A DNA stretch of 64,000 bases from an uncultured Spirochaetota bacterium (GTDB taxonomy: Bacteria > Spirochaetota > Spirochaetia > SZUA-6 > Fen-1364). Positions 47,245-56,420 of the stretch are shown here, in pieces (the first letter of the stretch is position 1; each line of letters begins with the position of its first letter). The stretch spans positions 736,001 to 800,000 of the forward strand of contig CAWJSK010000012.1 of NCBI GenBank assembly GCA_963845535.1, read 5' to 3'. The notes beneath the pieces are model-generated. The model made no database searches and had not been told where the DNA came from. It worked only from the letters and a program-made list of their open reading frames with translations. Both the position numbers and the translations under genes were made by a program.

Positions 47245-48057
47245 ATGAAGCGGTTCGCTCTTTTGGCAGGCCTGGCTGCAGCCCTGATGGGTTGCGCGAG
47301 CCAGCGTCCCATGGTCACCGTGCAGCCCACCGTGAGCGTCAGCAATTTCGAATCACTCTCGTTCTCCCCGCAACGAATCGAGTTCGACGCGACAGTCCTC
47401 ATCCAGAACAACGCGCCGGTGGACCTCGATGTGCAGAAGGTGGACTGGGCCGCCGACATGTATGACCAGCAGTTGTTCACCGACTCTTTGACCGGATTCA
47501 ATCAAACGAACGCCCACGGAAGCCGGACCATCTCCCTCCCGTTTCACATCGCCATGAAGGACGTGATGGCGCAGGCGCCAGACCTCCTGGCGGAAGGGCG
47601 GTTGAAGGTGACAATTCGCGGCCAGGTATTCACCGCCGCGCGTTACGGGCTGGAGCCCGTGCCCTTCACTCAGACACTGGAGATCCCGATCATCAAGCTG
47701 CCTGACGTGGCATACGTCGGGTCAGACGGTGAGCCTTTTTCAAATGCGTTCAGGCTCAACTTCAAGCTCACGAACACGAACGACTTCCCAATCACGCTGT
47801 TGTCCGTCAGGACTTTCCTTGCCATAAACGAAAAGAAATACTCCCTGCTGCACACGCAAGGCTCCGTCGACATACCGCCGGGGCAGACGCTGCCCGTTGC
47901 GCTCCAGATGGAGAACTCTCCGGGAAAGACCTTGAGCATGGCGCTCAATCTCGCTCAGCATCCGAACCCGAGCTTCTCCGTCAACGGAACCGCGACGTTC
48001 AAGACTCCCTATGGGTTCATCTACATCCCGTTGAGCCTCGAAGAAATCCTTCAGTGA
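47245..48057 (+). CDS. LEA type 2 (WHy) tandem-domain lipoprotein
   Basis: SD AGGAGG; lipobox LMGC; two repeats with 'QNNAPVDL' and 'TNTNDFPITL'. Confidence 0.7.
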   Translation: MKRFALLAGLAAALMGCASQRPMVTVQPTVSVSNFESLSFSPQRIEFDATVLIQNNAPVDLDVQKVDWAADMYDQQLFTDSLTGFNQTNAHGSRTISLPFHIAMKDVMAQAPDLLAEGRLKVTIRGQVFTAARYGLEPVPFTQTLEIPIIKLPDVAYVGSDGEPFSNAFRLNFKLTNTNDFPITLLSVRTFLAINEKKYSLLHTQGSVDIPPGQTLPVALQMENSPGKTLSMALNLAQHPNPSFSVNGTATFKTPYGFIYIPLSLEEILQ

Positions 48058-48914
48058 GACGAGTTATCGGGCATCCAGGCCTTGGCCCGATCCTTCAGGA
48101 GCTTGCTGAATGACATGCGCGGCACAGCCTGCGGAGGGCGGGCGGCAATCGTGATCTTCTGGCCTGTAGCAGGGTTGACGCCCACACGGGCTTTTCGAGG
48201 GGGCTGCTCCCGCAGAAACAGCCTTCCGAGTCTCCCCAGCCTGACTCTCTGCCCCAGGAGCATTCCCGCCTGCAGGAGCATGTGGTAGTCCTCGATGAGC
48301 TGCCGCGCCTGCCGCTTGCTCAAGGCGTTTTTCTCCGCCAGGTAGGCGATCATGGATTTCGTCGTCATGAGCTCCGGAAAACCCGTCCCCGGCGCCGCGA
48401 CGGTCCGGTTGATCTTCACAAAGCCGCTGGTGAGATAGATCGTGGCCTCGCGGATCCGCCTGGCCTGCTCATCCGGGGGAAGGCCGGGATCACAGGCCGC
48501 GATCTTCAGGAGCGCGGAAGTCCTTTTCAAGGGCCCCGCGGAAAACTCCGCTTCCCGGTCCACGGCAAGCCCCTGGGGGAAGTCCACGCGGTTCAGGAGA
48601 AGCACGTGAGGGACGTCCGTGCGCATCTCGACGCTCGCGTACTCCCCGCGCCTCCCTTCCGAGCCCGAAGGCTCAAGGCTGACCAGAGAGCCCGACCACG
48701 TAAGCAGGAGGACGCCGCGAGAGTCGCCCGCGGCAAGAGAGGCAAGCTCCTGCATGTCCAGGGCGCGGGCCTGATCCTCGAACATCCGCCTCTTCGAAAG
48801 CCACGCGGCTCCCATGCGCTGGAGGGACTCCTCGGTGTCGGGAAGACCCGAGCTTCGGACAAGCGCAACGAGGTGCTCGCGAATAGGCTTGCTGATACCT
48901 GCCACATCATCCAT
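48051..48914 (-). CDS. Unknown N-terminal domain fused to C-terminal HU/IHF DNA-binding domain
   Basis: SD AGGAGG; C-term MTTKSMIAYLAEK...VRLGRLG...GVNPATGQKITIAA...FSKLLKD. Confidence 0.8.
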   Translation of the reverse strand: MDDVAGISKPIREHLVALVRSSGLPDTEESLQRMGAAWLSKRRMFEDQARALDMQELASLAAGDSRGVLLLTWSGSLVSLEPSGSEGRRGEYASVEMRTDVPHVLLLNRVDFPQGLAVDREAEFSAGPLKRTSALLKIAACDPGLPPDEQARRIREATIYLTSGFVKINRTVAAPGTGFPELMTTKSMIAYLAEKNALSKRQARQLIEDYHMLLQAGMLLGQRVRLGRLGRLFLREQPPRKARVGVNPATGQKITIAARPPQAVPRMSFSKLLKDRAKAWMPDNSSH

Positions 48915-48969
48915 AGAACGGCCTCCTCTTGAAAAACGTAGTGCTCCCCGGGCAAAATCACAACCTGAC

Positions 48970-49806
48970 ATGACGACACTTGAATTGAGCGCCATTCTGG
49001 CAGCGGCCTCAGTATGCGCGGGGTTTCTTGGCTCCCTCACGGGCCTGGGGGGCGGAGTAGTCATCATCCCGCTCTTGACCCTGGGGCTCGGGATCGACAT
49101 CCGTTACGCCATTGGCGCTTCGCTCGTCTCGGTCATCGCAACCTCATCGGGCGCCGCGGCCGCCTACGTCAGGGAAGGTTTCAGCAACATCAGGATCGGC
49201 ATGTTCCTCGAGGTCGCCACGACGCTCGGCGCCCTGGGAGGGGCGGCAATCGCCCTGCGCGTGGCCCCGTCGGTCATCGCCGTGATCTTCGGCTGCGTCC
49301 TCTTGTACTCGGCATACCAGACTTTCCGCGCGCCTCCGGCCGACCATGAGAACGTCCCTGAAGACCGCCTGGCGACGCGCCTGGGAATGAACGGGACGTT
49401 CCCCACCCCTTCCGGAATCCGCTCGTACAACGTCCGATCAGTCCCCGCGGGCTTCGGGCTCATGGCGGTGGCGGGAGTCCTCTCAGGGCTTCTCGGGATC
49501 GGCTCAGGCGCCTTGAAGGTCATAGCAATGGACCGTGTGATGAAAATCCCGTTCAAGGTCTCAACGACCACGAGCAACTTCATGATCGGGGTGACCGCGG
49601 CCGCAAGCGCGGGCGTCTACCTCAACCGCGGCTACATCGACCCCGGGCTCGCCATGCCCATCATGCTCGGCGTGCTCGGCGGCTCCGTGCTGGGCGCGCG
49701 CTTCCTGGCCGGGGCCCGCACACAGGTGCTTCGCATCGTCTTCGCGCTGACCATCGCCGCGCTTGGGGCGGAGATGATCTACAAGGGCGTGGGGGGCGGG
49801 CTTTAG
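48970..49806 (+). CDS. Sulfite exporter TauE/SafE family
   Basis: GSLTGLGGG, AIGASL, SGLLGIGSG, KVSTTTSNFMIGVTA. Confidence 0.88.
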   Translation: MTTLELSAILAAASVCAGFLGSLTGLGGGVVIIPLLTLGLGIDIRYAIGASLVSVIATSSGAAAAYVREGFSNIRIGMFLEVATTLGALGGAAIALRVAPSVIAVIFGCVLLYSAYQTFRAPPADHENVPEDRLATRLGMNGTFPTPSGIRSYNVRSVPAGFGLMAVAGVLSGLLGIGSGALKVIAMDRVMKIPFKVSTTTSNFMIGVTAAASAGVYLNRGYIDPGLAMPIMLGVLGGSVLGARFLAGARTQVLRIVFALTIAALGAEMIYKGVGGGL

Positions 49807-49808
49807 GA

Positions 49809-50195
49809 ATGCGTGAAAAACCGACCTTGAGCGATCATCGCGTGGAAAACATCATCGGCAACCTGCTCAGGATAGGCGTGATCGTCGCTGCCAGCATCGT
49901 CGCCGCGGGGGGAGCTTTTTACCTGTATCGGCGCGCCGGCGTCATCTCGAACTATGGATCGTTCCGGGGGGAGCCTGCTTTCCTCGAGCACATCGGGTCG
50001 GTTCTGGCTGCCGCAACGAGCCTGCGCGCCGACGCGGTGATCCAGCTCGGCCTCCTCGTCCTGATTGCCGTCCCCATCTTCCGGGTGGCTGTGTCGATCA
50101 TCGCCTTCCTGCTGAAGCGCGACTGGCTCTACAGCGTGGTGACGGCAATCGTGCTGGCGGTCCTCCTGTTCGCTCTCCTGGGGGGCATGGTCTAA
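49809..50195 (+). CDS. DUF1634 family membrane protein
   Basis: IGNLLRIGV, IQLGLLVLIAVPIFRV, RDWLY; usual TauE partner. Confidence 0.8.
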   Translation: MREKPTLSDHRVENIIGNLLRIGVIVAASIVAAGGAFYLYRRAGVISNYGSFRGEPAFLEHIGSVLAAATSLRADAVIQLGLLVLIAVPIFRVAVSIIAFLLKRDWLYSVVTAIVLAVLLFALLGGMV

Positions 50196-50209
50196 GCATG
50201 CGGCAACGC

Positions 50210-50872
50210 TCAGCCTTCTTCCCGGCCGTCTTTCCTCCAGATCTCCGCCGCGCTCGCAAAATGGCTGCGGAGGAGACCGACGGCGCGTGACGGATCCTTT
50301 TGCAGGCAGGAGAGCACGTCCGCGTGCATCTCCGCCCAGTCTCTTTCCATTGTGTGGAACGTGCCCTCGTGCATCAGCGTCATGTTGACCCGAAGGCTGA
50401 GCTGCCGGTAGAAGGAGTTCAGAAGCTCGTTGCCGGCAAGGGCGCAGATCTCGCTGTGGAACTCCCGGTCCAGCGCAATTGCCTTTTTCTCTTTTTCCCC
50501 AGGATCCGTCTCGTTTCCCAGCCCGCGCATGTTGTTCACGATCCGCTCCATGCGGGCCACGCTCTCCCGCGAGACCCGTGCCCCGCAGCAGGACAGGGCG
50601 TACACCTCAAGGGCTTCGCGGAGCGCATAGACCTCCAGGATGGTCCGACGCGACGGGACGCGCACCGCGCACGAGCTTCGAGGCTTGATGTCCACGACGC
50701 CCTCGAACTCCAGCCGCTTCAACGCCTCCCGCACCGGCATGCTGCTGACCGAGAGGCGGCTTGCAACGCCTTTGATGCTGATGGTGTCCCCGTAGCGGAT
50801 AGCGCCGGTGATGATCTGCTCGAGGAGGTGTTCGTAGACATGGTCCACGAGGCTTTTCGCGGAAGCGCCCAT
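50210..50872 (-). CDS. GntR (FCD) transcriptional regulator
   Basis: VYEHL, LSVSSMPVREALKRL, REALE, DREFH. Confidence 0.88.
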   Translation of the reverse strand: MGASAKSLVDHVYEHLLEQIITGAIRYGDTISIKGVASRLSVSSMPVREALKRLEFEGVVDIKPRSSCAVRVPSRRTILEVYALREALEVYALSCCGARVSRESVARMERIVNNMRGLGNETDPGEKEKKAIALDREFHSEICALAGNELLNSFYRQLSLRVNMTLMHEGTFHTMERDWAEMHADVLSCLQKDPSRAVGLLRSHFASAAEIWRKDGREEG

Positions 50873-51342
50873 CAGTCGTGTCCCTCGGCCCGCATCATCC
50901 TCACGGCATGTTCCATGACCGGACCGAGCACCTTCATGCACAGGCGCACGGCCCTGACGGCGCCGGGAAAGTTGACCACGATGGTGCCGCCCTTGATGCC
51001 GGCAATGCCGCGGGAGAGCATGGCCGCCGGGGTCTCCGCGGAGGACTGGGCTCTCAGGGACTCGGATATTCCCGGCAACTCCCTTTCAATGAAAAGCCTT
51101 GTCGCCTCCGGGGTGACGTCCCGCGGGGAGATGCCCGTGCCGCCCGTGGTGAGGATGAAATCCGATCCCTCAGCCTCCCGCAAGGCGGCCAGGATTTCCC
51201 GTGGCTCGTCAGGGACAACGCGTCGGGACACCGCGGAATCCGCGAACCGTCGTTTCACCTCTTCCTCTATCTCGGGACCCGAGAGATCCTCGTATTCCCC
51301 CCGGGAAGCCCTGTCGGAGATCGTTATGACGGCGACTCTCAC
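50872..51342 (-). CDS. MogA/MoaB molybdopterin adenylyltransferase
   Basis: ITISDRAS, DLSGP, TTGGTG, DVTPEAT, NFPG; GTGA overlap with moaC. Confidence 0.9.
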   Translation of the reverse strand: MRVAVITISDRASRGEYEDLSGPEIEEEVKRRFADSAVSRRVVPDEPREILAALREAEGSDFILTTGGTGISPRDVTPEATRLFIERELPGISESLRAQSSAETPAAMLSRGIAGIKGGTIVVNFPGAVRAVRLCMKVLGPVMEHAVRMMRAEGHD

Positions 51343-51797
51343 GAGTGGTCTTCCTTCGTCTTCTCCGTGAGACGTATGCCGGTGATCGTCATCTGCTTGT
51401 CCACGGCCTTGCACATGTCATAGAGAGTGAGCGCCGCAACGCAGACGGCTGTCAACGCTTCCATCTCTATTCCGGTGCTTTCCGTGCACACGGCGCGGGA
51501 GGTTATCTCCACACCCTCCGAGCACAGGGCAAGGTCCACGGAAACATGGTCGATCCTGATGTTGTGGCAGAGGGGCACGAGCTCCGAGGTCCTCTTCGCC
51601 GCCGAGATGCCCGCCACGCGCGCCACGGCCAGCGCGTCCCCTTTTTTCAGGAGTCTCTCTCTGATCAAGCGCAGGGTTTCCGGCTGCATGAGGACGGTCC
51701 CCGCGGCGCTTGCGGTGCGGCGAACGCGCGGCTTGGAGGAAACGTCCACCATGACGGCCTTGCCTTCCGCATCGAGATGGCTGAAGTCCATCCTCAT
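51339..51797 (-). CDS. moaC: Cyclic pyranopterin monophosphate synthase
   Basis: SHLD, MVDVS, KKGD, PLCH, TGIEMEAL, YDMCKA. Confidence 0.95.
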   Translation of the reverse strand: MRMDFSHLDAEGKAVMVDVSSKPRVRRTASAAGTVLMQPETLRLIRERLLKKGDALAVARVAGISAAKRTSELVPLCHNIRIDHVSVDLALCSEGVEITSRAVCTESTGIEMEALTAVCVAALTLYDMCKAVDKQMTITGIRLTEKTKEDHS

Positions 51798-52591
51798 CCC
51801 CCGATCTGCGACATGGCGCGGTTGCGGCACGTCCCGCCGCGCTCGGGCTTGGAAAAGACCGCCTGCCTGAGGCTGTCTTCCAGCCGGGAGAAATCGAGCT
51901 TCACCTCCAGGTCGCTGTGAAGGCAAGGCTTGAGCATGCCGTCCGCCATGAGCCTGATCCGGTTGCAGCGGGCGCAGGACGGGGGCCTGTCGAAACCGTA
52001 GGAATCCGTCTTCTCGCGGCCCAGCTCGTAATGGTTGATGAGCTGAAGCTGCAGGCCGCGCTCCACGCAGAACCGTCTCATCCCCTCGATCTCTTCCGGC
52101 CGCGTGTCCTCCAGCACGACCATGTTGATCTTCACGGGGAACCCCTCCTGACGCGCCGCCTCAATGCCGGCCAGGGCATCCTCAAAGCAGCCCCCGCGGG
52201 TGAGGGAACGGTATTTTTCCGCCTCGAGCGTGTCCAGGGAGATGTTCAGGCTGTCCAGCCCGGCCTCTCGAAGGGGCCTGGCAAACTTCGCAACGAGCGT
52301 GCCGTTGGTGGTCATGGCCAGGTGCTCCAGGCCCTCGATGTCGGCAAGCATCCGCGCGAGGTCTGCGATGCCGCGCCTCACGAGCGGCTCTCCGCCGGTA
52401 AGCCTGATCTTTGTGACGCCGAGGCGCACGGCGGCCCGGGCCACCTCCGTCATCTGCTCGAAAGAGATCAGGTCCTCATGGCGCCGCGGCGCAACGCCTT
52501 CCGGGGGCATGCAGTAGCGGCAGCGCAGGTTGCACTTGTCGGTGACGGATATGCGAAGATATGTGATGGGGCGATCAAAACGGTCGAACAT
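51794..52591 (-). CDS. moaA: GTP 3',8-cyclase (compact form)
   Basis: RISVTDKCNLRCRYC, LTGGEP, CARCNRIR...PCL, terminal IGG. Confidence 0.9.
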   Translation of the reverse strand: MFDRFDRPITYLRISVTDKCNLRCRYCMPPEGVAPRRHEDLISFEQMTEVARAAVRLGVTKIRLTGGEPLVRRGIADLARMLADIEGLEHLAMTTNGTLVAKFARPLREAGLDSLNISLDTLEAEKYRSLTRGGCFEDALAGIEAARQEGFPVKINMVVLEDTRPEEIEGMRRFCVERGLQLQLINHYELGREKTDSYGFDRPPSCARCNRIRLMADGMLKPCLHSDLEVKLDFSRLEDSLRQAVFSKPERGGTCRNRAMSQIGG

Positions 52592-53741
52592 CGACCTCTG
52601 CTCCTTCTTCCAGCGTGTCAACGCCCTTTTCCACGCGGATCAACCCGTCAGCGTCAGCCAGCGCATTCAGGTGCGCGGACCCGTGGTAAGCAACGGGCAC
52701 GACCCGCCCGTCACGGGCGCTCACGGGGAGAAACTCGGTGCGGTCCACGCCCCTCCGGTGCACCCTCGCGCCCAGTCGGGCGCGAAAAACGTGAGGCTTC
52801 CAGTCCAGGCCCATCCAGCGATGCAGAAACGGCTTCACGAATATCTCGAAAATCACGAACGAGGACACGGGGTTTCCCGGGAGGCCGAAGATGAAGCGTT
52901 CCCCGCGTCGGGCAAAGAGAGTCGGCTTGCCCGGTTTGACCGCGACGCCATGAAACAGGACTTCCGCGCCAAGCTCCGAGAGGCAGCGAGGCACGAAATC
53001 GAAGTCCCCGGCTGAAACGCCGCCGGTAAGGAGAACCAGCTCACAGGAGGAAAGCGCGGATTCGATGGCCCGGGAAAGCGGCGCTGGCTGGTCGATCACC
53101 ACGCCAAGAAACCGCGTAGGGCAGCGCAAGGGCGCAAGCTGGGCCACGAGTTGCGCGGCGTTGCTGTTATAGATCTCCCCGGGCCCCAGCGGTTCTCCCG
53201 GTGAACGAATCTCCGATCCAGTGGAAATGATGCCGACCGAGGGAGCGTTCATGACGGCCACCGACGCGAACCCTGAAGCGGCCAGGATCCCGACGTCCTG
53301 GGCGGAGAGCATCTTGGGAAGGAGAACGGTGTCCCCTGCGCGCAGGTTCGCGCCGCGGGGAATCACGTTGTCCCCCGTTTCCGGTCCCATCACCGTGATG
53401 CTCCCGTCCATCTCCTCCACCAGCTCCTTGCGGATGACCCGGCCCGCGCCAAGAGGAAGCATGGCGCCGGTCATGATACGGGCACACTCCCCTGCGCGAA
53501 GCCCGCGTGTGGGGGCGCCCCCGGCCGCGACGACCTCCACAATGCGGAAGCTCACCGAGCCGTCATCGGACCTGACGGCAAATCCGTCCATTGCGGATTT
53601 CGAAAACGGCGGGGAATCAATGGGAGAGCGCACCTCGCTGGCCAGCGCCCTTCCCAGGGCCTTCTCCAGAGGCACCGTTTCGTGAGACGAGCGGGGCTCC
53701 ACCCGCTGGATTATCTCAAAAGCCTCTTCCAGATCGATCAA
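52575..53741 (-). CDS. moeA: Molybdopterin molybdotransferase
   Basis: SAMDGFA, IMTGA, STGSE, TGGVSAG, KPGKP, LPGNPVS. Confidence 0.93.
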   Translation of the reverse strand: MIDLEEAFEIIQRVEPRSSHETVPLEKALGRALASEVRSPIDSPPFSKSAMDGFAVRSDDGSVSFRIVEVVAAGGAPTRGLRAGECARIMTGAMLPLGAGRVIRKELVEEMDGSITVMGPETGDNVIPRGANLRAGDTVLLPKMLSAQDVGILAASGFASVAVMNAPSVGIISTGSEIRSPGEPLGPGEIYNSNAAQLVAQLAPLRCPTRFLGVVIDQPAPLSRAIESALSSCELVLLTGGVSAGDFDFVPRCLSELGAEVLFHGVAVKPGKPTLFARRGERFIFGLPGNPVSSFVIFEIFVKPFLHRWMGLDWKPHVFRARLGARVHRRGVDRTEFLPVSARDGRVVPVAYHGSAHLNALADADGLIRVEKGVDTLEEGAEVDVRPF

Positions 53742-53812
53742 TCGAAAAAACCTTCACCTGGATTCATCGTACTCGATAGTAACGCTACGAGGCTCAGGGA
53801 GGCCATATTTCG

Positions 53813-53992
53813 TCACAGGTGGGCGCGGTCCGGGCGGCCTGCCGCGGAGATCGTGATGCGGATCTCCCGCTCGACGTCGACGTCATGCAGTGACCGCAGC
53901 ATCCCGAGCAGCGTGCTCAGCACAAAGCTCTTCACGAAACCGTTCAGCCCGACGAGGTCATCCCCGTTCATGATGGAAAGCTCTCGTTCCAT
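53813..53992 (-). CDS. 59-aa protein not in the ORF track, resembling the C-terminal appendage of some MobB proteins
   Basis: SD GAGGTG; MERELSIMNGDDLVGLNGFVKSFVLSTLLGMLRSLHDVDVEREIRITISAAGRPDRAHL*. Confidence 0.6.
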   Translation of the reverse strand: MERELSIMNGDDLVGLNGFVKSFVLSTLLGMLRSLHDVDVEREIRITISAAGRPDRAHL

Positions 53993-54033
53993 GGTTCACC
54001 TCACACCGCAAAGAGGATACACTCCCCCCGCGC

Positions 54034-54594
54034 ATGGAGCAATTGCATCTGGTCACAATCGCGGGGCTCAAGCGCTCCGGCAAGACCACGGTTGTCGAAG
54101 CCATCGTCTCCGAGCTGCATCTGCGCGGCTACCGGGTCGGCACGGTGAAGACAATGAGGGATCACGCGGACTCGCTGGATGCCCAGGGCACGGATACCCG
54201 CCGTCATGCCGAGGCAGGAGCTTCCGTGGTCGTGGCCATCCACGCGGAAGGGACCTCGCGCTTTGAAAGATGCCGGCCGCCAGAGTCACTGCGGGAATTT
54301 TCCAGCCTGTTCCCGGCCGACATCGACATTCTCATTTCAGAGGGCGTCATTGATCCGTCAGATCCTCAAACGGTCGTCCTTTGTCTGAAAGAGCCTTCGG
54401 CGCTCCAAGAGACTCTCGCAACACGACGTCTCTCCGCGCGCTCCGTTGTGGCCGTCTCAGGACCCGCCGCCTCTTCCTGGGATCCCGCGCTCCTGCCGGG
54501 GATCCCATGGTTCGATGTCGTCAACCCGGCCCAAAAGAAAGCGCTTGCTGACATGTTGCTTGGGAAAATAAAAAAAAACCTGCCCCGATGCTGA
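54034..54594 (+). CDS. mobB: Molybdopterin-guanine dinucleotide biosynthesis protein B
   Basis: GLKRSGKTT, GYRVGTVK, GTDTRRHAEAGA, DILISEG. Confidence 0.85.
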   Translation: MEQLHLVTIAGLKRSGKTTVVEAIVSELHLRGYRVGTVKTMRDHADSLDAQGTDTRRHAEAGASVVVAIHAEGTSRFERCRPPESLREFSSLFPADIDILISEGVIDPSDPQTVVLCLKEPSALQETLATRRLSARSVVAVSGPAASSWDPALLPGIPWFDVVNPAQKKALADMLLGKIKKNLPRC

Positions 54595-54732
54595 ACGTGA
54601 TGCTCTAACGGTGGGGCAGGGTCAGGGCTGAAAATGCAAAACTGATATATCAGATAGCACATAAAAGAGGGCTTGTCAAGCCAGTTCCCAGGTCGTGTCA
54701 GTTCCCGGGTCGGACTTCATCAACGGGCGTTG

Positions 54733-54762
54733 TTGCAGGTTGTTGCCGTCATGGTCTATAAT
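54733..54762 (+). promoter_or_regulatory. Putative sigma70 promoter of the ACP-KAS pair
   Basis: TTGCAG(54733-38)-18nt-TATAAT(54757-62). Confidence 0.45.
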
Positions 54763-54902
54763 CACTACTATCAGCCGGCTGGGACTGGCGCCCCAGGGGC
54801 GGTGACCACGTTGTCGGCGGCGCCGCGGGCCGTTGGTGCCTGGACGCAGCCCGCCCCTTCGCCGCCAGGTACGGCTCAATTCGAGCAGAGGAGTCAGCAA
54901 CC

Positions 54903-55169
54903 ATGACTGATGAGATGATCGGGAGAGTCATTTCCTGTGTTGTAAAAACGCAGAAACTTCCCCCGGACTCGGTCACGATCGACAGTAAATTCGAGGAGCT
55001 CGGGATCGATTCCCTCGACGGGGTCAACATCCTGTACGCCCTGGAAACGGAGTTCAACGTGAGCATCCCGGACGAAGGGGTGCTCGGGATCAAGAGCGTC
55101 CGTGAGGCCGTGGACCAACTGGACAAGCTTCTTTCGGCAACCGGAACGGACGGGGCGGTCAGGGCATAG
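54903..55169 (+). CDS. Acyl carrier protein
   Basis: SD AGGAG; LGIDSLD phosphopantetheine site; ETEFNVSIPDE. Confidence 0.9.
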   Translation: MTDEMIGRVISCVVKTQKLPPDSVTIDSKFEELGIDSLDGVNILYALETEFNVSIPDEGVLGIKSVREAVDQLDKLLSATGTDGAVRA

Positions 55170-55175
55170 ACCTGG

Positions 55176-56393
55176 ATGGAGAGACGAGTCGTCGTCACGG
55201 GGATCGGCGTTGTGTCCGCCCTCGGGAGAAATGCGCGCGAGTTCTGGGGAGCGCTCACCAAGGGGGAATGCGGCATCCGTCCCATCACGCAGATGGACAT
55301 GACGGAGGTGAAGTTTAAAAACGGTGCAGAGGTGCCTGACTGGAGCCCGCAAGAACATTTCGAGGGCAAGCAGGCGGACTTTCTGGATCGGTTCGCCCAG
55401 TTCGCCGTCGTGGCGGCCCGGGAGGCGGTCAAGGATGCCGGGGTGGAGTGGAACCCGACACTCTGTGAGCGCACCGGCATTGTCACGGGATCCTGCGTGG
55501 GCGGGAAATCGTCCGAGGACGTCGGGAACCGGGACATCTATCTGCACAAAAGAGGAAGGCTCAGCCCGCTGACGGTCCCCCGGGTCATGGCGAATGCCGG
55601 AGCGAGCCACATCTCCATCGAGATGGGCATTACCGGCCCCGCCTTCACGCTGTCCACCGCGTGCTCGTCCGCGAATCATGCAATCGGGCTGGCATTCCGC
55701 ATGGTGCGCTCCGGGGACGTGGAGATGGCACTCGCCGGAGGCAGCGAGGCTCCTTTCAGCCTGGCCCACCTCAAGGCGTGGGAAGCATTGCGGGTGGTAG
55801 CCCCTGACACGTGCCGGCCCTTCAGCGCGGACCGCCTGGGAATGGTCCTGGGGGAAGGGGGCGCCATTCTTGTCCTGGAGCCTCGTGAGGCGGCAATTGC
55901 CAGGGGAGCAAAGATCTACGGGGAGATCGTCGGGTTCGGGATGTCCTCAGACGCGCGTCATCTGACGCAATCCGCGTCCGAGGGAGCCGCCCGGGCCATT
56001 CAGGGAGCCCTGCGGGACGCGGATCTTGCGCCGGACCAGATCGGTTACATCAACGCTCACGGCACGGCAACGCTGCTGAACGACCCCATGGAAACGGCCG
56101 CCATTCAACTTTCCCTGGGCAAGCATGCCGGGCGCGTGGCTGTCAGCTCGACCAAGTCGATGCACGGGCACACGCTGGGAGCAGCGGGGGCAATCGAGGC
56201 AATCGCAACGGTTCTGGCGCTCAAGAACTGCACGCTGCCGCCCACGGCCAACTTCACCAAGCCTGATCCTCGGTGCGACCTGGACGTGATCCCCAACACC
56301 GCCCGCACGGCTGAGGTTGAATACGCCCTCTCCAACTCGTTCGCCTTCGGAGGCTTGAACGCCGTGCTCGCTTTTCGGGCGCCCCGCGCTTGA
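55176..56393 (+). CDS. Beta-ketoacyl-ACP synthase II family (FabF/NodE-like)
   Basis: RRVVVTGIG, TACSS, NAHGTAT, KSMHGHTLGAAG, SNSFAFGG. Confidence 0.92.
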   Translation: MERRVVVTGIGVVSALGRNAREFWGALTKGECGIRPITQMDMTEVKFKNGAEVPDWSPQEHFEGKQADFLDRFAQFAVVAAREAVKDAGVEWNPTLCERTGIVTGSCVGGKSSEDVGNRDIYLHKRGRLSPLTVPRVMANAGASHISIEMGITGPAFTLSTACSSANHAIGLAFRMVRSGDVEMALAGGSEAPFSLAHLKAWEALRVVAPDTCRPFSADRLGMVLGEGGAILVLEPREAAIARGAKIYGEIVGFGMSSDARHLTQSASEGAARAIQGALRDADLAPDQIGYINAHGTATLLNDPMETAAIQLSLGKHAGRVAVSSTKSMHGHTLGAAGAIEAIATVLALKNCTLPPTANFTKPDPRCDLDVIPNTARTAEVEYALSNSFAFGGLNAVLAFRAPRA

Positions 56394-56420
56394 AAGCCCG
56401 GAAGGGTTGAGCGGTTCCCT

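Noticed and set aside
53742..53812. Moco riboswitch upstream of moeA
   Set aside because: Only a short GAAA...GGCCTCCC resemblance; about 70 nt is too short and the helices are not evident; an Rfam search would settle it
54751..54906. Small ORF upstream of the ACP gene
   Set aside because: No SD, low-complexity product, and its start overlaps the predicted -10 box; more likely a 5' leader
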